NCBI GenBank assembly: GCA_022822205.1 | Contig: JAJECC010000071.1 | Location: forward strand, 3,283 to 67,282 | Reading direction: 5' to 3' | Source: Rhodospirillales bacterium | GTDB taxonomy: Bacteria; Pseudomonadota; Alphaproteobacteria; Rhodospirillales; UBA2165 | DNA: 64,000 nt | Part shown: piece by piece, positions 56,177 to 64,000 of the stretch | Position numbering within the stretch: the stretch's first letter is position 1 | Layout of the letters: each line of letters begins with the position of its first letter | Position numbers and translations under genes: made by a program | Notes under the pieces: model-generated | Database searches by the model: none | What the model was told of the DNA's origin: nothing | What the model saw: the letters and a program-made list of their open reading frames with translations, nothing else

Positions 56177-57288
56177 CATCGGCCCTGGAAATTTCCGGCC
56201 TTTCGCACGCCTTCGGCAGGACCCGTGTCCTGGATGACGTGTCCTGCACCGTGGAGCCGAGGGAAATCGTCTGTCTGCTCGGGCCCTCGGGATGCGGCAA
56301 GACGACGCTGCTCCGGCTGGCGGCCGGGCTGGAACGCGTCCAAACCGGCGCCATCAAACTTCACGGGCAAACCGTCGGCGAGCCCGGCTGGCATGTGCCG
56401 CCGGAATCCCGCCGCATCGGACTGATGTTTCAGGACTATGCCCTGTTTCCACATCTGACGATCGCCGAGAACGTGGCTTTTGGAATATCCGGCCTTCCGG
56501 CCGGCCGGCGCCGGCCGCGCGTCCACGAGGTGCTTTTCCAGGTCAACATGCAGGCTTACGCGGATTCCTATCCGCACATGCTTTCCGGCGGCCAGCAGCA
56601 GCGGGTGGCGCTGGCGCGGGTGCTGGCGCCCAAGCCCGAAGTCGTTTTGCTGGACGAGCCGTTTTCCGGCCTGGACGAGACGCTGCGCATTCAGGTCCGC
56701 GAGGAGACGCTGCGGGTGCTCAATCAGGCGGGTACCGCGGTCCTGATGGTGACGCACCATCCGGAAGAAGCGATGTTCATGTCGGACCGCATGATGGTCA
56801 TGGGCCCGGGCGGCATCATCCATCAGGTGGGTGCGCCGGCCGAGGTCTATGCCAACCCGGCGAACCGGTTTGTCGCGACCTTCTTCGGCCGCACCAATTT
56901 GATAACGGGCGTCGTGCGCAACGGCGTGGTCGACACGCCGCTCGGTACGGTGGCGGCCGGCGGCCGGGGCGAGGGGTGCGCGGTCGACGTCGTTTTCCGG
57001 TCGAACGGCGTTACGCTGTCGACGGCCGACGAGCAAGCCTGTCCCGTCGAGATCGTCTCCGCGCGCCCCATGGGCCGGGACACCAGGGTCACGTTCAGGC
57101 TTGCCGGCGATGAGGCGGGCGCCACATATCTTTGCCGGGTTCCCGGCATTTTCATGGCCGGCGGTTCAGCCAGGGTGACGGCGAGGCTGGATTCCGCCGG
57201 GGCGTTCGTCTTTCACCGCGGCGGCCCGGAAACCGAGCGGACCTCGGACTCCGGGCCGGTTCATGGCCCGTCCGCCGACGGCGCATAA
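56173..57288 (+). CDS. fbpC: Fe3+ ABC ATP-binding protein
   Basis: GPSGCGKTT, FQDYALFPH, LSGGQQQR and LLDEPFS. Confidence 0.9.
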   Translation: MTSALEISGLSHAFGRTRVLDDVSCTVEPREIVCLLGPSGCGKTTLLRLAAGLERVQTGAIKLHGQTVGEPGWHVPPESRRIGLMFQDYALFPHLTIAENVAFGISGLPAGRRRPRVHEVLFQVNMQAYADSYPHMLSGGQQQRVALARVLAPKPEVVLLDEPFSGLDETLRIQVREETLRVLNQAGTAVLMVTHHPEEAMFMSDRMMVMGPGGIIHQVGAPAEVYANPANRFVATFFGRTNLITGVVRNGVVDTPLGTVAAGGRGEGCAVDVVFRSNGVTLSTADEQACPVEIVSARPMGRDTRVTFRLAGDEAGATYLCRVPGIFMAGGSARVTARLDSAGAFVFHRGGPETERTSDSGPVHGPSADGA

Positions 57289-57386
57289 CTCTCTGTTTCG
57301 TAAGGAGTTTGTCATTTGCAGGTGCAATTCGGCGTGGCATAGTACCCGCACCGAAACTGCGGCCACCGGAAAGGTCTCGACCAGGG

Positions 57387-58607
57387 ATGAAGAGCGGACG
57401 CGACCACGCGCGCGTACTAATCTACAGCCATGACAGCTTTGGACTGGGGCACCTTCGCCGGTGCCGGGCGATCGCCCATGCCCTGGTCGGCTCATCCGGC
57501 GGACTATCGGTTCTGATATTGTCCGGCTCGCCGATCATCGGCAGTTTCGATTTCCGTGCGCGTGTCGACTTCGTGCGCGTGCCCGGGGTCATCAAGCTGC
57601 GCAACGGCGAGTACACCCCGCTCAATCTGCATCTGGATATCGAGCAAACTATGGATCTGCGCGGCTCAATCATTCGCCATACGGCGGAGGCCTTCGATCC
57701 GGATCTGTTTATCGTCGACAAGGAGCCCCTCGGGCTTCGCGGCGAGGTGAGCGAGACGCTCCATGTGCTCAAGGGCCGGGGGACGGCGCTGGCGCTTGGC
57801 CTGCGGGACGTGATGGATGAGCCGGCGCTCCTCGGACCCGAATGGGAACGCAAGAACGTCATGCCGGCGCTCACGGATCTTTATGACCAGATTTGGGTTT
57901 ATGGCCTGCCCCAGATCTACGACCCGTTGTCCGGGCTGGACATTCCCGATCAGGTTCGCCGCAAGACGGTCTTCACCGGATACCTGCGCTACGGCGTACC
58001 GAATGCGGCTTCGGTCTCACAGACACTCGATATTCAGGAACCCTATATTTTGGTGACGGCCGGGGGCGGCGGTGACGGCGACGCGCTGGTCGATTGGGTG
58101 ATCCGCGCCTATGAGGCGGACCCCGGTATCCCGCACCCGTCGCTGATCGTTTTCGGACCGTTCATGCAGCCGGAAATTCAGGAGGCGTTTCTCGACCGCA
58201 TCGCGAGGTTGGACACGGTCGAGGCCATCACTTTCGATGCCCGGCTCGAACACTTCGTCAAGGCGGCGGTCGGCGTCGTGGGCATGGGAGGATACAATAC
58301 CTTCTGTGAAATCCTCTCGTTCGATAAGCCGGCCCTGATCGTGCCCAGAACGCGGCCCAGGATGGAGCAGTACATCCGGGCGGCGCGGGCGCAGGAAACC
58401 GGCCTGCTCTCCATGTTGGAGGATGACGGTATCCGGGACGCGAAATCCATGGCGACGGCGCTCAGGCAACTGACCCAGCAGAAGCGGCCGTCCGAAGTGA
58501 TTGTTCCCGGATTGCTCGACGGTCTTGAGAATATTTGCCGCCTGACCGATGCATGGCTCGACGAGGATCGGCGTCCGGACATCAAGGTCGTCGAAGAAAG
58601 GGCCTGA
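57387..58607 (+). CDS. Predicted glycosyltransferase (COG4671-type, GT-B)
   Basis: YSHDSFGLGHLRR, GLRDVMD, TAGGGGDG and MGGYNT. Confidence 0.75.
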   Translation: MKSGRDHARVLIYSHDSFGLGHLRRCRAIAHALVGSSGGLSVLILSGSPIIGSFDFRARVDFVRVPGVIKLRNGEYTPLNLHLDIEQTMDLRGSIIRHTAEAFDPDLFIVDKEPLGLRGEVSETLHVLKGRGTALALGLRDVMDEPALLGPEWERKNVMPALTDLYDQIWVYGLPQIYDPLSGLDIPDQVRRKTVFTGYLRYGVPNAASVSQTLDIQEPYILVTAGGGGDGDALVDWVIRAYEADPGIPHPSLIVFGPFMQPEIQEAFLDRIARLDTVEAITFDARLEHFVKAAVGVVGMGGYNTFCEILSFDKPALIVPRTRPRMEQYIRAARAQETGLLSMLEDDGIRDAKSMATALRQLTQQKRPSEVIVPGLLDGLENICRLTDAWLDEDRRPDIKVVEERA

Positions 58608-59854
58608 TGACCACGGCCATCGTCCTGAAGGGCTACCCGAGGCTTTCCGAGACATTCATTGCGCAGGAAATTCTGGCGCTGCAACAGGCGGGCCTCGACC
58701 TCGGCATCGTCTCGCTGCGTCACCCGACGGACAGTGCCGCCCATCCAGTTCACGGCCAGATCGAGGCTCCGGTCAATTACCTGCCCGAGTATCTGTGGCG
58801 CGAGCCGATCCGCGTACTGAGGTCCTGGCGGCGCGTCCGCAAACTCGGGACCTATGCCGAAGCGCGCCGGGCCTGGCGCCGTGACTTGGCGCGCGATCCT
58901 ACGGCGAACCGGATTCGGCGCTGGGGGCAGGCGCTGGTGCTGGCCGCCGAATTGGGGCCCGAGGTCGACCGCCTGTACGCCCACTTCCTTCACACGCCGT
59001 CATCCGTGGCGCGGTACGCCTCGATCCTCCGAAACATTCCATGGTCCGCTTCGGCTCACGCCGTCGACATCTGGACCACCCCCGAATGGGAATTACGGGA
59101 AAAGCTCGCCAGCGCCGACTGGGTGCTGACCTGTACCAAGACAAATCAGGAATACCTGTCGCCGCTCGCCCCGGATCCGGATCGGGTGTCGCTGGCCTAT
59201 CATGGCGTCGATCTCGACCGGTTTCCGGCCGTAGCGGGGAAGGAATATTCTCGTCATGCACGAAAATCGGAATTACCCATCCGTATTTTGTCCGTCGGCC
59301 GGCTGGTCCCCAAGAAGGGGTACGCGGATCTCATCACGGCCTTGGCGAAGTTGCCGAGGGAACCGGCTTGGCGGTTCGAGCATATTGGCGGCGGCCCCGA
59401 AAGGAAGCGGCTTCAACGGCTGGCCGCGGGGCTGGGGATCGGGGATCGAATCGACTGGCGCGGCGCCCAGCCGCAGGACGTGGTCGCCGAGGCTTATCGG
59501 ACTTCGGATATCTTCGCGCTTACCTGCGTGGTCGCGCCCAACGGGGACCGGGACGGATTGCCGAACGTCTTGATGGAGGCGCAGAGCCAAGGCCTGCCTG
59601 TCGTCGCAACCAATGTGTCCGCGATACCCGAACTGATCCTCGATGGCGAAACGGGTCTGCTTGCCGAGCCGGGAGACACGGCGGGCATTGCGGCACACTT
59701 GGAGTTGCTGATTCGGGACGCTGACCGCCGGGATATGATCGGCGCCGCGGGATCGGCGCGGGTCCGGCGCAACTTTGCCTTCTCAGATTGCGTTGGTTCG
59801 GTCGTCGAGAAATTTGGCCTTCAGGCGCGCCCTTCGGTTTCGCGGGTAGCATGA
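58607..59854 (+). CDS. GT4 glycosyltransferase
   Basis: LKGYPRLSETFI, HFLH, GRLVPKKG, RDGLPNVLMEA. Confidence 0.88.
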   Translation: MTTAIVLKGYPRLSETFIAQEILALQQAGLDLGIVSLRHPTDSAAHPVHGQIEAPVNYLPEYLWREPIRVLRSWRRVRKLGTYAEARRAWRRDLARDPTANRIRRWGQALVLAAELGPEVDRLYAHFLHTPSSVARYASILRNIPWSASAHAVDIWTTPEWELREKLASADWVLTCTKTNQEYLSPLAPDPDRVSLAYHGVDLDRFPAVAGKEYSRHARKSELPIRILSVGRLVPKKGYADLITALAKLPREPAWRFEHIGGGPERKRLQRLAAGLGIGDRIDWRGAQPQDVVAEAYRTSDIFALTCVVAPNGDRDGLPNVLMEAQSQGLPVVATNVSAIPELILDGETGLLAEPGDTAGIAAHLELLIRDADRRDMIGAAGSARVRRNFAFSDCVGSVVEKFGLQARPSVSRVA

Positions 59855-60978
59855 AGATCGCCTTCTATGCGCCGATGAAATCTCCCGATCACCCGATACC
59901 GTCGGGGGATCAAATTGTCGGCAGGGCGTTGATTACGGCGCTGGAGAGCGCCGGCCACGACGTCGATATAGGTTGCCGGATACGAACCTGGCAGAAGTTC
60001 CCCGATGCCCGCCGGCAGGAACGCCTCGCGGGATTGAGCAGGCGGGCGGCGGAGCTGCTGGTCCGCCGGTATGAGCGCCGGCCCGGGCAACGGCCGGACC
60101 TCTGGTTTACCTACCACCTCTATCACAAGGCGCCCGACTGGCTCGGTCCCGAGGTGAGCGAAAGAATGGGAATTCCCTATGTGGTGGCCGAGGCGTCCTT
60201 CGCGCCGAAACGGGCGAAGGGTCCCTGGGACGTGGGGCACAAGGCCGCCGAGGCTGCAATTCGCCGGGCGAAGGTCATCTTCGGCATGAATTCCCTCGAC
60301 GCCGACTGCGTGGCGCCGTTGGTTTCCGATGGCGCCGGGATGGTCCGGCTCAAACCCTTTCTCGCTCGGGAAGCCGGTCCCGGCCGCGCCGGCCGCGGGC
60401 AGGCACGGTGGGCATTGTCGGCCCGCTACGGTTTGGACCCGGAGGTTCCATGGTTGTTGACCGTGGCGATGATGCGCGACGACGCCAAACTGCGCTCCTA
60501 TGAAACCCTTGCCGCGGCCCTCGATCAGGTCTCGGGCGCGTCCTGGCAATTGGTTGTTGCCGGCGACGGCGAAGTGCGATCAAAGGTCGAAAAACTTTTT
60601 CCGTTGGATCGGACCGTGTTTACCGGCCGGCTCGGCGCCGACGGGCTCGCGGTGCTGTATTCGGCGGCCGATCTATATGTCTGGCCGGCCATCAACGAAG
60701 CCTACGGAATGGCTCTTCTGGAGGCCCAAGCGGCCGGGCTGCCGGTCGTCGCCGGCGATACGGGCGGGGTAGGTGATATCGTCCGTCACGGCGAGACGGG
60801 ACTCCTGGTGCCGGTGGGAGATGCGGCCTCGTTTGCCGAGGCCGTTATGTCGATGCTCGGGGATGAAGACCGCCTCGGGGATATGAGCCGGCAGGCGGCC
60901 GAGGTGGCCGAACGGGAACATAGTCTCGAGGCTGCCTCGGCCACCATGGGGCCTATTCTGGAGGCGCTTGTCCAATGA
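59851..60978 (+). CDS. GT4 glycosyltransferase
   Basis: FYAPMKSPDHP.PSGD, YHLYHKAPD and NEAYGMALLEA. Confidence 0.88.
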   Translation: MKIAFYAPMKSPDHPIPSGDQIVGRALITALESAGHDVDIGCRIRTWQKFPDARRQERLAGLSRRAAELLVRRYERRPGQRPDLWFTYHLYHKAPDWLGPEVSERMGIPYVVAEASFAPKRAKGPWDVGHKAAEAAIRRAKVIFGMNSLDADCVAPLVSDGAGMVRLKPFLAREAGPGRAGRGQARWALSARYGLDPEVPWLLTVAMMRDDAKLRSYETLAAALDQVSGASWQLVVAGDGEVRSKVEKLFPLDRTVFTGRLGADGLAVLYSAADLYVWPAINEAYGMALLEAQAAGLPVVAGDTGGVGDIVRHGETGLLVPVGDAASFAEAVMSMLGDEDRLGDMSRQAAEVAEREHSLEAASATMGPILEALVQ

Positions 60979-61562
60979 CCATCCTCGCCATGATCCGGCA
61001 CGGCAGTACGGACTGGAACAGGCAGGGGCTTATCCAGGGCCACAGTGACATCGGACTGGGCCCGGAGGGAAAGCGGGAAGTCGCCGGCTGGCGGGTTCCG
61101 GAGAACCTCAACGGTCATGACTGGATCGCCAGCCCGCTCAGCCGGGCCCTGGAGACCGCCCGAATTCTCATCGGAAGGCCGCCGGCGATCGATCCGCGTC
61201 TTTCGGAGATGAGCTGGGGGGAATGGGAAGGACGTACGCTTGGGGATTTGCGGGCCGAACTGAGCGACCTGATGGTGGCCTGGGAGGCAAAGGGTTTGGA
61301 TTTCCGCGGGCCCGGCGGTGAAAGTCCGAGAGAGGTCCAGGACCGGGTGAAACCATTCTTGGCCGAGCGCTCGGAGGCCGGCCGGCCAACGGTCGCGGTT
61401 TGCCACCGCGGCGTCGTGCGCGCCGTTTACGCCTTGGCGACCGGCTGGGACATGGTGGACAAACCCGAAACCAGGCTCCTGGACAACTGTGTTCACTATT
61501 TTCGGCTCGAGGCCGGCGGCCACCCGGTGATCGACCGTCTCAACGTCAGCCTGGAGCCTTGA
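60975..61562 (+). CDS. Histidine phosphatase (phosphoglycerate mutase) family
   Basis: IRHG.TDWN, SPL.RA.ET, EMSWGEWEG and CHRG. Confidence 0.88.
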   Translation: MTILAMIRHGSTDWNRQGLIQGHSDIGLGPEGKREVAGWRVPENLNGHDWIASPLSRALETARILIGRPPAIDPRLSEMSWGEWEGRTLGDLRAELSDLMVAWEAKGLDFRGPGGESPREVQDRVKPFLAERSEAGRPTVAVCHRGVVRAVYALATGWDMVDKPETRLLDNCVHYFRLEAGGHPVIDRLNVSLEP

Positions 61563-61567
61563 GGAGC

Positions 61568-62749
61568 GTGCCCTCGGTCCTTTTCCACGTCCAGCATCTT
61601 CTGGGCATCGGCCATGTGAAACGGGCGGCTACCCTGGCGCGTGCGATGTCCGCCCGAGGGATCGAGGTGACGCTCGTCTCCGGGGGTGAGCATGTCCCGG
61701 TCCTGGACGACAGCGGCATGCGGTTCGTTCAGTTGCCGCCGGTGAAAGCGTCGGACCGGACTTTCGGTTCCATCGTCGATGCGGACGGCCGGGAAATCGG
61801 CAACGAAATCCGGACCGAACGCCGGGATATGCTGATCGACCTGCTTAATGAAATCCGGCCCGATGTCCTGATGTTGGAGCTTTACCCCTTCGGCAGGCGC
61901 CAATTGCGCTCCGAACTGACGCCGCTGATCGAGGCGGCGCGGGAGATGTCGCCGCGGCCCAGGATCGTCTCTTCCGTCCGCGACATTCTGGTCGAGAAGA
62001 ACCGGCCCGAGCGGGACCGGGAGATGGTCGATACGGCGAAACGGTTGTTCGACGCGATCCTCGTCCATGGCGACCCGGCACTGATCCCATTCGATCGAAC
62101 GTTTCCGCTGGCCGGTGAGATTGCGGATCTCCTGCGCTACACCGGCTACGTGGTCGAGCACCGGAAGATCGAAAATGCAAAGGGCGAACAGGGGAACGGA
62201 GAGGTCATCGTCTCGTCGGGCAGCGGCGCCGTCGGCGAGCTGCTTTTGAGGACCGCCGTCGAAGCGCGGCCGCATACATCCTATTCGGACATTCCCTGGA
62301 GATTGCTGGCCGGGTACAGCCTGCCCGAGGACATCTTCGATGATATTGTCGGGACGGCGCCCGATGGTGTGGTGGTCGAGCGCGCCCGTGAGGATTTCGT
62401 CACGCTGCTGAAGAATTGCCGGTTGTCGATCAGCCAGGGCGGCTACAACACCATCATGGAAGTGTTGGCCTGCGGCGCGCGGGGAATCGCCGTGCCTTAC
62501 GCCGGCGGTCACGAGACCGAGCAGACCCTGCGGGCGCGCCTCCTGGAGGAGCGGGGGTTGATCCAGCAGATGCCGGAGGGAGAACTCACCGTCAAAAAAC
62601 TGGTCGCCGCCATCGAGCGGGCGGAGAGTTTGGACCTGCCGGGTCCGGATAGCATCGATACCGGTGGCGCGGAGGAAACCGCGCGGCTGGTCGAGCATTT
62701 GATTCCGGCCGCCGGGGCCGGCAGTCACGATGACGATATCGGCGCCTAA
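61568..62749 (+). CDS. Predicted glycosyltransferase (COG4671-type, GT-B)
   Basis: HVQHLLGIGH, ELYPFGRR, SSVRDILV and SQGGYNT; GTG start. Confidence 0.75.
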   Translation: MPSVLFHVQHLLGIGHVKRAATLARAMSARGIEVTLVSGGEHVPVLDDSGMRFVQLPPVKASDRTFGSIVDADGREIGNEIRTERRDMLIDLLNEIRPDVLMLELYPFGRRQLRSELTPLIEAAREMSPRPRIVSSVRDILVEKNRPERDREMVDTAKRLFDAILVHGDPALIPFDRTFPLAGEIADLLRYTGYVVEHRKIENAKGEQGNGEVIVSSGSGAVGELLLRTAVEARPHTSYSDIPWRLLAGYSLPEDIFDDIVGTAPDGVVVERAREDFVTLLKNCRLSISQGGYNTIMEVLACGARGIAVPYAGGHETEQTLRARLLEERGLIQQMPEGELTVKKLVAAIERAESLDLPGPDSIDTGGAEETARLVEHLIPAAGAGSHDDDIGA

Positions 62750-62850
62750 GTCATTGGAACGCGGCGGGGTATTCGCTACGCTGGCGCCCAATCGGGAAAT
62801 GCGGCCGCGGTGAGCCGGGCAATGGGACGGGCCGAGGAGAGGTAGACCAG

Positions 62851-64000
62851 TTGGAGAAGGGGCTCTTTTCCTACATCTGGCGTCACAGCAGGATGCAGCA
62901 GCTGTTCCTGCTCGTATTGAGCTTGGCGGCGATGCCGTTCTATTTCTACTCACTCGATATTCCCAAGCAGATCATCAACGAAGCCATCGGCGGCGAAGAT
63001 TTCCCGCGAGACATCCTTGGGTTCGAGTTCGATCAGATTGCGTTTCTGCTGTTCCTGTCGGGGGTGTTTCTGCTCCTGGTCCTGGTCAATGGCGGTTTCA
63101 AATACGTCAACAATGTCTACCGCGGCATTGTCGGCGAGCGGATGCTTCGCCGCCTTCGCTTCGAACTGATTTCACGGGTCATGCGCTTCCCGCTTCCCCA
63201 GTTCAGGAAGACCTCGCAAGGCGAAGTGGTCTCCATCGTCTCCCAGGAGACCGAGCCTTTGGGCGGCTTCTTTGCCGATGCATTTGCGCTGGTCATTTAT
63301 CAGGGCGGGTTGCTGGCGACCCTGATGGCGTTCATGTTCGTGCAGGACTGGAAGCTGGGTCTCGCGGCGATCATCCTGTATCCGCCGCAGGCATATCTGA
63401 TCCCCATACTCCAGCGAAAGGTCAACGCCCTCGGAAAACAGCGGGTGCAGGCGGTTCGGGAACTCTCGGAGCGGATCGGCGAAGCGGTCGGCGGGGCGTC
63501 GGAAATTCACGCCAACGATACCTCGCAGTTCGAACTGGCCGACTTTTCCCGCCGTCTCGGAATCATCTATCGGGTCCGGTTCCGTATTTACGTCCTCAAA
63601 TTCCTGATCAAGTTCATCAACAACACCCTCGCGCTGTTGACGCCGTTCTTCTTCTATTCGATCGGCGGCTGGCTGGTGATCCAGGGCGATCTCACACTGG
63701 GGGCGCTGGTCGCCGTGCTCAGCGCCTATAAGGATGTGTCGGCGCCGTGGAAAATGCTGCTGACCTACTACCAGCGCATGGAAGACGCCCGGATCAAGTT
63801 CACGCAGATCGCGGACAAGTTTCAGCCGGCGGGAATGCTCGACGAGGAGACCCAGACGGAAGAACCCGAAAGCCTGCCCGAATTTTCCGGCAAGCTGGTC
63901 GCCTCGAACGTCAGCCTTTCCGAGGATGACGGTCTGCGGGTTATCGACGGCGCCTCCCTGTCGATCGATCTTCCCCGGCATGTGGCGCTGGTCGGGCCCG
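62851..64000 (+). CDS. ABC exporter, fused permease and ATPase (3' truncated by window; absent from the ORF track)
   Basis: Read manually from TTG 62851: LFSYIWRHS...LDIPKQIIN...GERMLRRLRF...GALVAVL..Y; entering the NBD at the window end. Confidence 0.85.
   Translation, partial: MEKGLFSYIWRHSRMQQLFLLVLSLAAMPFYFYSLDIPKQIINEAIGGEDFPRDILGFEFDQIAFLLFLSGVFLLLVLVNGGFKYVNNVYRGIVGERMLRRLRFELISRVMRFPLPQFRKTSQGEVVSIVSQETEPLGGFFADAFALVIYQGGLLATLMAFMFVQDWKLGLAAIILYPPQAYLIPILQRKVNALGKQRVQAVRELSERIGEAVGGASEIHANDTSQFELADFSRRLGIIYRVRFRIYVLKFLIKFINNTLALLTPFFFYSIGGWLVIQGDLTLGALVAVLSAYKDVSAPWKMLLTYYQRMEDARIKFTQIADKFQPAGMLDEETQTEEPESLPEFSGKLVASNVSLSEDDGLRVIDGASLSIDLPRHVALVGP

Noticed and set aside
57316-57350. 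Sigma54-like TGGCAT-N-CCGCA and TTGCA-GG-TGCAA palindrome before the glycosyltransferase cluster
   Set aside because: GG/GC spacing is correct but the -12 element is poor, and short matches are expected by chance.

Overview
GC-rich alphaproteobacterial (Rhodospirillales-like; inferred from gene families and REP types) accessory and catabolic region with about 50 supportable CDSs. No rRNA, tRNA, CRISPR, integrase or transposase was seen. Content: flavin monooxygenase, PhoX with a Pho box, two stand-alone acetylene-hydratase-like Mo/W-bisPGD enzymes, an orphan xanthine-dehydrogenase-family large subunit, several ABC systems (including Fe3+ uptake with a Fur-like box), aromatic catabolism genes (fcs, Rieske oxygenase, 2-hydroxymuconic semialdehyde dehydrogenase), two toxin-antitoxin pairs, two class III cyclases, a metF-purU one-carbon operon, and a four-glycosyltransferase/phosphatase/ABC-exporter cluster. 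Strongest leads: (1) an uncharacterised Cro-like-HTH plus SAM-methyltransferase-fold fusion heading metF-purU, with a palindromic operator array in the divergent promoter shared with an acetylene-hydratase-like gene; (2) three copies of the 3' end of a dienelactone hydrolase gene that bracket two cargo cassettes (a YejA-like binding protein and a Phd-VapC pair); (3) a nested REP/MITE mosaic at 22.6-23.05 kb. Family assignments come from motif recognition by eye, not database searches. Several starts were trimmed relative to the ORF track.
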